64,000 nucleotides of DNA from Gammaproteobacteria bacterium (GTDB lineage Bacteria; Pseudomonadota; Gammaproteobacteria; Steroidobacterales; Rariloculaceae). Below, piece by piece: positions 28,775 through 36,332 of this stretch (positions are counted from its first letter, which is position 1; every line of letters begins with the position of its first letter). Location: assembly GCA_022825505.1 (NCBI GenBank), contig JAJDWR010000022.1, positions 15,046-79,045 on the forward strand, read 5' to 3'. Both the position numbers and the translations under genes were made by a program. The notes under the pieces were generated by a model, which saw only the letters and a list, made by a program, of their open reading frames with translations, ran no database searches and was not told the DNA's origin.

Positions 28775-29793
28775 CGGGCGAGCGCTTGCTGTTGAAGGCG
28801 ATTCGCGGCGAGGCCGTCGAGCGGCGCCCGCTGTGGATCATGCGCCAGGCCGGGCGCTACCTGCCCGAGTACCGCGAACTGCGCCGGTCGTACCCGTTCA
28901 AGGCGGTGGCCCAGTCCCCGGAGCTTGCCGCCCGGGTGACGCTGATGCCCATGGCCCGTTTCCCGCTGGACGCGGCCATCGTCTTCGCCGACATCATGAG
29001 CCCGCTGCCGGCGCTGGGCGTCGAGTTCGATTTCGATCCGGGCCCGGTGGTGGAAAAGCCCATCCGCGACCGGGCCGGCGTGGACGCGCTGACGCCGCCC
29101 GATCCCGCCAGGCTCGGCCCCGAAGTGCTCGCCGCGTTGCGGCAGACCCGTGACGCGCTCCCGGCGGAAACGGCGCTGCTGGGATTCTGCGGCGCACCCT
29201 GGACGCTGGCCGCCTACCTCGTGGAGGGGCGCGGCAGAAAGGACTTCCCGAAACTGCGCGCGTTCGCCGCAGCCGAACCGAAACTGCTGGAGATCCTGCT
29301 GCGCAAGCTATCCGGGGCCATGGCCACCTACCTGGTCAGTCAGGCACGCGCCGGCGCCGACGCCGTACAGGTGTTCGATTCCTGGGCCGGTCTCCTGTCT
29401 CTGGCCGACTGGGAACGGCTCATTCGGCCGCACCTGGAGATGCTCCTGCAGACCGTTGGCGAGGCCGGCGTGCCGAGAATCCTGTTCCTTCAGAACGCGC
29501 CCCATCTGCTGGACGCCTACGCCGGCCTGCCTGCCGAGGTGTTGGCGGTCGACTGGCGGGTGGACATCGCCGAGGTGCAGCGGCGCTATCCTTCGCGAGC
29601 CGTGCAGGGCAATATCGATCCGGCCGTTCTGCTTGGCGGCGCCGCACCTACCCGGGCCGCGGCGGTTGCTTTGTTGCAGCAGGTCAGGCCAGAGGGCCAC
29701 ATCGTGAATCTCGGTCACGGCATCCTGCCGCAAACACCACTTGAGAGCGTCTCGGCCCTGGTCGACGCCGTACACGAGGAGCAAGCAACGTGA
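28771..29793 (+). CDS. hemE: uroporphyrinogen decarboxylase
   Basis: PLWIMRQAGRYLPEY, FADIMSPL, GFCGAPWTLAAYLVEG, VFDSWAG. ATGA overlap with the response regulator. Confidence 0.92.
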   Translation: MTGERLLLKAIRGEAVERRPLWIMRQAGRYLPEYRELRRSYPFKAVAQSPELAARVTLMPMARFPLDAAIVFADIMSPLPALGVEFDFDPGPVVEKPIRDRAGVDALTPPDPARLGPEVLAALRQTRDALPAETALLGFCGAPWTLAAYLVEGRGRKDFPKLRAFAAAEPKLLEILLRKLSGAMATYLVSQARAGADAVQVFDSWAGLLSLADWERLIRPHLEMLLQTVGEAGVPRILFLQNAPHLLDAYAGLPAEVLAVDWRVDIAEVQRRYPSRAVQGNIDPAVLLGGAAPTRAAAVALLQQVRPEGHIVNLGHGILPQTPLESVSALVDAVHEEQAT

Positions 29794-30512
29794 CTGAACC
29801 GACCCGAGAGGTCAAATCCGTGGACCTGAGCGAGAAGGGCATGCACAAGGGCCGGCCCATCTCGCTGGATCGCCGCCTGTTCATGAAATTCACCGCGTTC
29901 AATGGCTGCGGGTCCGGGCAGGACGCCGCGCAGGCTCTTGCCGACGCCGGAGTGGAAGGTGCCATGTACGTCGACACGAACGATCCAACGGGCATCGGCG
30001 TCATGGCGATAGCCGAGGATCCGGAATTTTTTGCGACGACGCTGCGCGACACCTTCAATGGGCCACCTTTCGCCGGCATGAACCACAAGGACGAATTCGA
30101 CATGCTGGGGCGCAGCTACTCCATCGGATACGAACCGGACCTTGAGGATACGCTGCTGGTAAAGCCCCGCGCCAAAGTCCTCAACCCATCCTTCACCTGG
30201 GCCGTGTGGTACCCGCTGCAGCGTTCCAAGAGCTTCTACGTGCTGCCCCGGGACAAGCAGCGCCAGATCCTCGCCGAACACGGCTCCATAGGCCGGCGAT
30301 ACGGCGTTGCCGGACTCGCGGCGGACGTCCGCCTGGCCTGCCACGGACTCGACAAGCACGACAACGATTTCGTGATCGGATTGCTGGGGCCGAACCTGTT
30401 CCCCCTCTCGGCCGTCGTCCAGGAAATGCGCAAGACCGAACAAACCTCCCAGTACCTGGACAGCCTCGGCCCCTTCTTCGTCGGCCGCACCGCCTGGCAG
30501 AGCACCCCCTAG
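29790..30512 (+). CDS. chlorite-dismutase-family protein (HemQ/ChdC-like coproheme decarboxylase candidate)
   Basis: 240 aa. GTGA overlap with hemE. Chlorite-dismutase-family pattern: WAVWYPLQRSKSFY, ILAEHGSIGRRY, GLDKHDNDFVIGLLGPNL, VQEMRKTEQT. Confidence 0.7.
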   Translation: MTEPTREVKSVDLSEKGMHKGRPISLDRRLFMKFTAFNGCGSGQDAAQALADAGVEGAMYVDTNDPTGIGVMAIAEDPEFFATTLRDTFNGPPFAGMNHKDEFDMLGRSYSIGYEPDLEDTLLVKPRAKVLNPSFTWAVWYPLQRSKSFYVLPRDKQRQILAEHGSIGRRYGVAGLAADVRLACHGLDKHDNDFVIGLLGPNLFPLSAVVQEMRKTEQTSQYLDSLGPFFVGRTAWQSTP

Positions 30513-30521
30513 GTCATCCCC

Positions 30522-31583
30522 ATGACCTTCTACGATAACGCCGCCCGGGACTACGACGCCGTCCTGATCGTGTCCTTCGGCGGCCCGGAAGGTCCGGACG
30601 ATGTCATGCCGTTCCTGGACAATGTGCTGGCGGGCCTGCGCGTGCCGGCGCCTGTCAAGGCGCGTATAGCCCGGCGCTACCACCGCTTCGGCGGGGTCAG
30701 CCCGATCAACAGGCACACGCGCGAGTTCATCGCGGCGCTGGAGCGGGAACTGGCCGCTTCCGGGCCAGCGCTGCCCGTCTACTGGGGCAATCGAAACTGG
30801 CACCCCATGCTGGGCGACACGCTCGCGCGGATGGCCGCGGACGGCGTCGGCCGCGCCATCGCCTACGTCACCAGCACCTTCAGTTCCTACAGCGGCTGCC
30901 GCAAGTACCGCGAAGATCTCTACAACGCGGTCACGGGCCTTGACGGTGCGCCGCACATCGACAAGCTGCGCATCGGGTACAACCACCCGGGGTTTATCGG
31001 AGCGATGGCGGACCGGCTCCGCGATGCGCTCCGGCGGGTTCCGAAGACAGGGGCACAACCGGCGCTATTGTTCACGGCCCACAGCCTGCCGCTTTCCATG
31101 GCCGGGGCGTGCGACTACGTGAGTCAGTTGCGCGAGGCCTGCTCACTCACCGCGAAAATGGCCGGCGCGGGGCCGTGGGAATTGGTGTACCAGAGCCAGA
31201 ACGCATCCTACGGCGAGCCGTGGCTCGGGCCGGACATCGAAGAGGCGCTGGAAACCGTTCGCGCGGCGGGCCACACAGGCGTAGTCGTCGCACCCATCGG
31301 CTTCGTGTGCGATCACATGGAAGTGGTGCTGGACCTGGACGTGGAGGCGGCGGAGAAAGCGGACGAACTCGGGCTCGACATGGTACGCGCCGGCACGGTG
31401 GGCGCCCATCCCGCCTACGTACGCATGGTGCGCGATCTGATCGTCGAGCGAATGACGGCCGATCCGGAGCGTCCCGCGCTGGGCGGCCTGGCGCCCGGTC
31501 ACGACTTCTGCCCCGTCGACTGCTGTCTTTCCGGCCGGCCCGGCGAGCCCCGGGGCGCGCTCTGCGGTGCGGAGTTGACGTGA
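30522..31583 (+). CDS. hemH: ferrochelatase (possibly coproporphyrin-type, with C-terminal Cys cluster)
   Basis: AVLIVSFGGPEGPDDVMPFLDNV, RYHRFGGVSPIN, LLFTAHSLP, VAPIGFVCDHMEV. C-terminal CPVDCC...C extension. Confidence 0.88.
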   Translation: MTFYDNAARDYDAVLIVSFGGPEGPDDVMPFLDNVLAGLRVPAPVKARIARRYHRFGGVSPINRHTREFIAALERELAASGPALPVYWGNRNWHPMLGDTLARMAADGVGRAIAYVTSTFSSYSGCRKYREDLYNAVTGLDGAPHIDKLRIGYNHPGFIGAMADRLRDALRRVPKTGAQPALLFTAHSLPLSMAGACDYVSQLREACSLTAKMAGAGPWELVYQSQNASYGEPWLGPDIEEALETVRAAGHTGVVVAPIGFVCDHMEVVLDLDVEAAEKADELGLDMVRAGTVGAHPAYVRMVRDLIVERMTADPERPALGGLAPGHDFCPVDCCLSGRPGEPRGALCGAELT

Positions 31584-33058
31584 CGAAAACGCATCGCTGC
31601 GAGGCGGTGGTGATCGGCGCGGGCCTGGCGGGACTCAACGCCGCCGTTCATCTCCAGGATGCCGGCCTGGACGTGCGGGTTGTCGAGGCTCGGAATCGGG
31701 TGGGCGGCAGGGTGCGGTCCATGCGTGAACTCGGCGGCAACCTGGAAGCCGGCGGCACCTACATCGGCGCTGCGTACCGGCGCGTGATCGCCGCGGCCGC
31801 GCGCCACGACGTGAGGCTCATCGACGTCACGCCCTCGCTGAAGTTTTTCAGGGAGCAGGACCTGGTGCTCGACGGCGCTATCATCCGCCAGTCCGAGTGG
31901 CCGGCTCATCCTGCCAACCCGTTTCCCAATCCGGACAGGGCGCTGATGCCCTGGACCTTCAGCCGAGTACTGACCGCCCGGGAGAACCCGCTGGAAGAAC
32001 CGCGGAACTGGCTGGACCCCCGGCAGACCGAGCACGACGTATCGATGTACGAATGGATGCGTGGACTCGGACTCGACGATAAGGCGATTCGGGTCGGTTA
32101 CGGGATGAATGTCAGCTACGGAGAGGATGCCCAAGACATATCGGCGCTTCAGTTGCTGTTTCGTGCGGCGTTCTCCAGGGCGCAAGCGAACACGTCCGCA
32201 ACGGCGGGTAGATTTCCCGGTGGCGAGTCGGCGCCATCTTCATCTTCATCTTCTGTGACCTCAACCGGCGCGAGGGGCTATACGGTTGCGGACGGTGTAC
32301 AGCGAATCCCCGAGGCGATGGCCGAGTCGCTGGTCCAGCCGGTACATTACGGCCGCACGGTCGGGCGGATAGAAGACGACGGCAGGCACGTCACCGTTTT
32401 CTGCGAGGGTGGCGCCGAGTACAAGGCAGCATACGCCGTCTGTGCCCTGCCCTTCACAGTCCTTCGCCGCATCGATTTCGACCCGCCATTGCACGGTTCC
32501 CAGCGGGAAGCCGTCGCGAGCCTGCCGTCCCAGTCCATGACCCAACTGTACTTCGCTCACAAATCCGAATTTTGGGAAGCGGACGAATATGCTCCGAGCC
32601 TGTTCACCGACACGGCCGCAGGCATGTTTTCTGCGATCCGCAACGGCAGCGATCCCACGCAAATCGCCGGGTTTTCGGCCTGGGTGATGGGTCGAAACGC
32701 GTCGCAGCTTGATGCTCTGCCGCCCGAATCGGCCGGTGCGCGGGTTATCGAGGAAATCGAAGCAGTGCGTCCGGCCGCTCGCGGGCAGTTGAAGTTCATC
32801 GGGCGGCAAAGCTGGGGAGCGGATCCCTTCGCCCGCGGCGCATGGGCCTATTTCCGTCCCGGACAGATCACCCGCTTCGCCGCCGCGATGGGCGCACCCC
32901 ACGGCCGGGTCCGGTTCTGCGGCGAGCACCTGGCCGTGGCCAACCGCGGGATGGAGGGCGCCATGGAGTCGGGCGAGAGCGCCGCAATGGGAATCCTTGC
33001 CCCGCGCCGGTCGCGCAAAGCCGAGCTTTCAAACCAATCTGACCAGCGCCACCATTAA
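31580..33058 (+). CDS. FAD-dependent amine-oxidase-family flavoprotein (MAO-like; candidate porphyrinogen oxidase)
   Basis: GTG 31580 overlaps the hemH TGA. Dinucleotide fold VVIGAGLAGLNAAVHLQDAGLDVRVVEARNRVGGR. C-terminal FCGEHLA...GMEGAMESGESAA typical of flavin amine oxidases. The ORF part 31109..31579 is R-rich, overlaps hemH, and is rejected. Confidence 0.75.
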   Translation: MTKTHRCEAVVIGAGLAGLNAAVHLQDAGLDVRVVEARNRVGGRVRSMRELGGNLEAGGTYIGAAYRRVIAAAARHDVRLIDVTPSLKFFREQDLVLDGAIIRQSEWPAHPANPFPNPDRALMPWTFSRVLTARENPLEEPRNWLDPRQTEHDVSMYEWMRGLGLDDKAIRVGYGMNVSYGEDAQDISALQLLFRAAFSRAQANTSATAGRFPGGESAPSSSSSSVTSTGARGYTVADGVQRIPEAMAESLVQPVHYGRTVGRIEDDGRHVTVFCEGGAEYKAAYAVCALPFTVLRRIDFDPPLHGSQREAVASLPSQSMTQLYFAHKSEFWEADEYAPSLFTDTAAGMFSAIRNGSDPTQIAGFSAWVMGRNASQLDALPPESAGARVIEEIEAVRPAARGQLKFIGRQSWGADPFARGAWAYFRPGQITRFAAAMGAPHGRVRFCGEHLAVANRGMEGAMESGESAAMGILAPRRSRKAELSNQSDQRHH

Positions 33059-33420
33059 CCCAGCCCCGGCAGGCGCGGCGGGAACAGGACCGTCAACGCG
33101 CCCACGTAGAAAACCAGCCAGCCGACCGTCACCAGGAGAAGGTACGTCTCACTGAGCACTTTGGCGCCCAACCATCGCAGGACCATGGCCGGTCCGGCAT
33201 AGAGCGCAACGCACACCAGGACGCGTGCAGCGATGCCGACCGGAGCATTGGCGTCCATGAACGCACCACCCGTGGCGTTGCGTACCAGGAAGTCCGAACC
33301 CATCGCAATGACGACAAACAGCACCGTCCATGGATCGCGTAGGACCAGATCGAACAGGAGCCAGACACTTGCCACGATGAGGCTGCCCAGCCAAAGCGTC
33401 CATCTTGCGCGTATGTTCAT
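33055..33420 (-). CDS. small integral membrane protein, unknown function
   Basis: Start ATG 33420 (MNIRARWTLWLGSLIVASVWLLF). About four hydrophobic helices. 4-nt 3'-end overlap with the preceding gene. Confidence 0.45.
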   Translation of the reverse strand: MNIRARWTLWLGSLIVASVWLLFDLVLRDPWTVLFVVIAMGSDFLVRNATGGAFMDANAPVGIAARVLVCVALYAGPAMVLRWLGAKVLSETYLLLVTVGWLVFYVGALTVLFPPRLPGLG

Positions 33421-33536
33421 GGAGTTCCACCCACGGAGTTCAATCCGTCCAGGGGCGAGTCGAAGTCGATCCACGCCGGCCCTGGTGCAGCGGGATCGGG
33501 TATCCTTGCATGAAAACCTGTTTGGGGAGTAGCCAA

Positions 33537-34592
33537 ATGTACTATTCAGGCGCAATCAGGACCCTCACCTTACTATGGCTCTGGCTCCTTGCGGGCACCG
33601 CATTCGCACACCACTCGCTGCTCACTTACGATCCCGGCGAGATCGTCGAATTCGAGGGTGAAGTCACGAACGTGTTCTGGCGCAATCCCCACGTGCAGCT
33701 GACGGTCAGGACCACGGACGAGGACGGCGGCGAGCGGGTCTGGACCGCCGAAGGTTCTCCCGTCAACGCGATGGAGCGTGCGGGAATTACCGAGGCGGTG
33801 GTTTCCGTGGGGGAACGCGTCAGGGTGACGGCAAACCCTTCCAGGCTTGTCGAGGATGAGGCCAGACTCGTGCTGCTTACCCTGACCGATGGACAGTCGT
33901 TCGTGTTGAACACGGAGGCGGCCGCAGCGCTCGGCCTTCCGGCCTATACGTCACAGGCTGTCCCGGCAGGCGGCGCCGCGGTGGCCGGCGCCGAGGGCTA
34001 TCCCGAGGCTACCGGCATCTTTCGAGTCTGGACGAATCGCGACCGGCACTGGGTTGCGCGCGATGTCCGGGAGTGGTGGGCCAGGACCCACCCTCTGACG
34101 GAATCGGCCCAGGCCATGCTGGATGCGTGGGACCCGGTGGCGGACGATCCTGCAAGACAGTGCATTCCGGCTGGCATGCCCGAAGCCATGCTCATGCCCT
34201 TTCCGATCGAATTCGTCGATCAGGGCGACATCCTTGTTCTGAATATAGAAGAGTGGGACAACTCGCGCACGATTCACCTGAATGCGGATCCTGACGCGGA
34301 CATGCCTCCCTCACGGCTCGGCTATTCCGTCGGACGCTGGGAGGGCGACACGCTGATCGTGGAAACCAGCCGCATCGACTATCCTTACTTCAACGACCAG
34401 GGCATTCCGCAAAGCGAGGCTCTTGCGATGGTCGAGCGATTCACGCTCAGCGAAAACGGCACGAAGCTGGACTGGACGGCTACGGTGACCGATCCGGAAA
34501 CGTTCACGGAACCAATCATCATGCCGGAGTTCCACTGGGACTGGATCCCCGGGCAGGAGATCAAGCCCTACAACTGCGTCGTAGCCGAGTAA
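33537..34592 (+). CDS. secreted protein, AxA|HHS...NPH family, paralogue 2
   Basis: Signal peptide ...LLWLWLLAGTAFA followed by HHS, with NPH 28 residues on. Motifs GYSVGRWEGDTLIVETS, VERFTLS, TVTDPETFTEP, YNC. Alternative ATG at 33510. Confidence 0.7.
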   Translation: MYYSGAIRTLTLLWLWLLAGTAFAHHSLLTYDPGEIVEFEGEVTNVFWRNPHVQLTVRTTDEDGGERVWTAEGSPVNAMERAGITEAVVSVGERVRVTANPSRLVEDEARLVLLTLTDGQSFVLNTEAAAALGLPAYTSQAVPAGGAAVAGAEGYPEATGIFRVWTNRDRHWVARDVREWWARTHPLTESAQAMLDAWDPVADDPARQCIPAGMPEAMLMPFPIEFVDQGDILVLNIEEWDNSRTIHLNADPDADMPPSRLGYSVGRWEGDTLIVETSRIDYPYFNDQGIPQSEALAMVERFTLSENGTKLDWTATVTDPETFTEPIIMPEFHWDWIPGQEIKPYNCVVAE

Positions 34593-34665
34593 CCGGACCC
34601 CGACAGCGCTCAAGGCACGATGGAATGGCCGAAACCGCCGGCTTCGACCATTCCGTGTAGCGTTG

Positions 34666-35313
34666 TCAGTCTGCCGCGAAGCAGTAGAACAGCCCGTCGC
34701 CGCCCGTACCGATCAGGTCTTCCTGACTGCAGCCGCGGCTGCTGTGCACCGCATTCCAGGACGCGCTCGGTCCACCCAGGCGATCATGGTGGCCTACCAT
34801 GGCCCGGCCCTCGCCGTTACTGGTCCAATTGTTGCAGGTGGTGATGTCGGCGGCACCGGGCGCTGCCCGGCCCATGGAGTCCGATCCGGTCAGAATGTCG
34901 TGCCGGTTGGGCTGGTCGCCCGCGCCGGCCACTTCGTTGCCGTTCTCGTCCACGGCGGTGGGCTTGCGGATGTTGTTGCGGTCCTCGTGGAGGCCGTCGA
35001 TGTCCCAGGCGATGTATACGCCGTTGGCGTTGTACCAGGGCCCGTCGCCGATGCGGTCGCGCGCATTGACCTGCGGTGCGCCCATCCCGGCGGCCTGGCT
35101 CAGGTAAGCGCGCCAGGCTGCATCGCCCCGCCCTACGGCGGAGGCGAGTGCCTGGCAGTGCGCATCGGCGCCCTCGAGCCCTCCCAGATTTGCCCCGTCG
35201 CCCGGACCGACGCTGGTTATGAAGAAACTCATGGGCGGCTGATCCTGGGCGATACCCAGCATCGAAACCGCAGCCAATGCCATTCCGGCCAAAAGAACTC
35301 TTGTCGCTTTCAT
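34666..35313 (-). CDS. secreted endostatin/DUF1554-like (C-type-lectin-fold-like) protein
   Basis: Signal peptide MKATRVLLAGMALAAVSMLGIAQD. Then SFFITSVGPGDGANLGGLEGADAHCQALA and AWRAYLS, which I recall as the DUF1554/endostatin-like pattern. Four Cys. Confidence 0.4.
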   Translation of the reverse strand: MKATRVLLAGMALAAVSMLGIAQDQPPMSFFITSVGPGDGANLGGLEGADAHCQALASAVGRGDAAWRAYLSQAAGMGAPQVNARDRIGDGPWYNANGVYIAWDIDGLHEDRNNIRKPTAVDENGNEVAGAGDQPNRHDILTGSDSMGRAAPGAADITTCNNWTSNGEGRAMVGHHDRLGGPSASWNAVHSSRGCSQEDLIGTGGDGLFYCFAAD

Positions 35314-35415
35314 TCTCATCTCCTTCGCTTGTACTTCATCCCCCGGCGTCCGCGGCGCAGGAAATTGCGGCAGTGAATTCGCCATCAAGGTTTCCTGCCC
35401 ATCGGACTCCAAAGG

Positions 35416-36321
35416 CTACATCATCCGGCTGATGATTCTGTCACCCTGCTCCTTCGTCAAAGCCTCGGTCCGGTGGGCGATGGGGCCGCCCTCGTCCAGC
35501 ACCGGTTCGGCGGCGTCCAGGGACGGACGGTCCTTGACGTGAAGAAACAGACCCGTGTAGATCGTATCGCCCCACACCATGGCCTTCTCGCAGGCCGCCT
35601 TCCAATCGCCGGTATCGTGGTTCTCGTCCTCGAGCTTCTTCACCCGGCGCTTGAAGAACTTCACGGTGTTGTCGTGGTTGAAGGTAATGCAGGGACTGAA
35701 GATGCTGATCAGGGAGAACCCCTTGTGCTCGATGGCCTGTTGCATGAGCATCGACAGGTGGCGGGTGTCGGAACTGAATCCCCTGGCGACGAAGGTGGCG
35801 CCGTTCATGATGGCCGAGGTGATCGGGTTGAACGGAAACTCGATACTGCCGTAGGGAGAACTCTTGGTCTTCATGTCCAGCGAACTGGTGGGGGACAACT
35901 GGCCCGTGGTCAGGCCGTAGATCTCGTTGTCCATGACGATGTAGGTCAGGTCCACGTTGCGGCGGGCGGTGTGGGTGAAATGGTTGCCGCCGATGCCGTA
36001 GCCGTCGCCGTCCCCGCCGGTGACCACCACGTTCAGTTCGTGGTTGGCCATCTTCGCCCCGGTCGCCACGGCCAGGGCGCGCCCGTGCAGGGTGTGCATG
36101 CCGTAGGAATTGAAGTAGCCGGGAAAGTTCGACGAACAGCCGATGCCGCTGACGGTCAGTATTTCGTGGGGCTTGAGTCCCATGTCCAGACAGGCCTTGC
36201 GCATGCTGTTGAGGACGCCGAAGTCGCCGCAGCCCGGGCACCAGTCCGGATCCACCCTGCCCTTGTAGTCGTTGGCAGTCTCCGGATCGAGTACAAGCTG
36301 CCTGGTGTCGATTCCATCCAT
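35416..36321 (-). CDS. korB: 2-oxoacid:ferredoxin (acceptor) oxidoreductase, beta subunit (TPP-binding)
   Basis: WCPGCGDFGVL, GIGCSS, VVVTGGDGDGYGIGGNHF, IVMDNEIYGLTTGQ. Confidence 0.88.
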   Translation of the reverse strand: MDGIDTRQLVLDPETANDYKGRVDPDWCPGCGDFGVLNSMRKACLDMGLKPHEILTVSGIGCSSNFPGYFNSYGMHTLHGRALAVATGAKMANHELNVVVTGGDGDGYGIGGNHFTHTARRNVDLTYIVMDNEIYGLTTGQLSPTSSLDMKTKSSPYGSIEFPFNPITSAIMNGATFVARGFSSDTRHLSMLMQQAIEHKGFSLISIFSPCITFNHDNTVKFFKRRVKKLEDENHDTGDWKAACEKAMVWGDTIYTGLFLHVKDRPSLDAAEPVLDEGGPIAHRTEALTKEQGDRIISRMM

Positions 36322-36332
36322 AGTTGAATCCT

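Noticed and set aside
31109-31579. N-terminal extensions of several ORFs in the track: 31109 for the amine oxidase, 26313 for the kinase, 25507 for hemL, 27758 for the regulator, 55449 for LacI, 21321 for the MBL, 5483 for cobT, 14926 for cbiB.
   Set aside because: The extensions overlap the preceding gene in another frame and are R/G/P-rich. Internal ATG/GTG codons that form 4-nt stop/start overlaps, or that precede clean signal peptides or HTH motifs, give proteins of canonical length.
34616-34657. Inverted repeat (CACGATGGAATGG ... CCATTCCGTG) between convergent genes, as a possible bidirectional terminator.
   Set aside because: The stem is bulged, the loop is about 19 nt, and no T/A tract flanks it on either side. 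Support is too weak to annotate.
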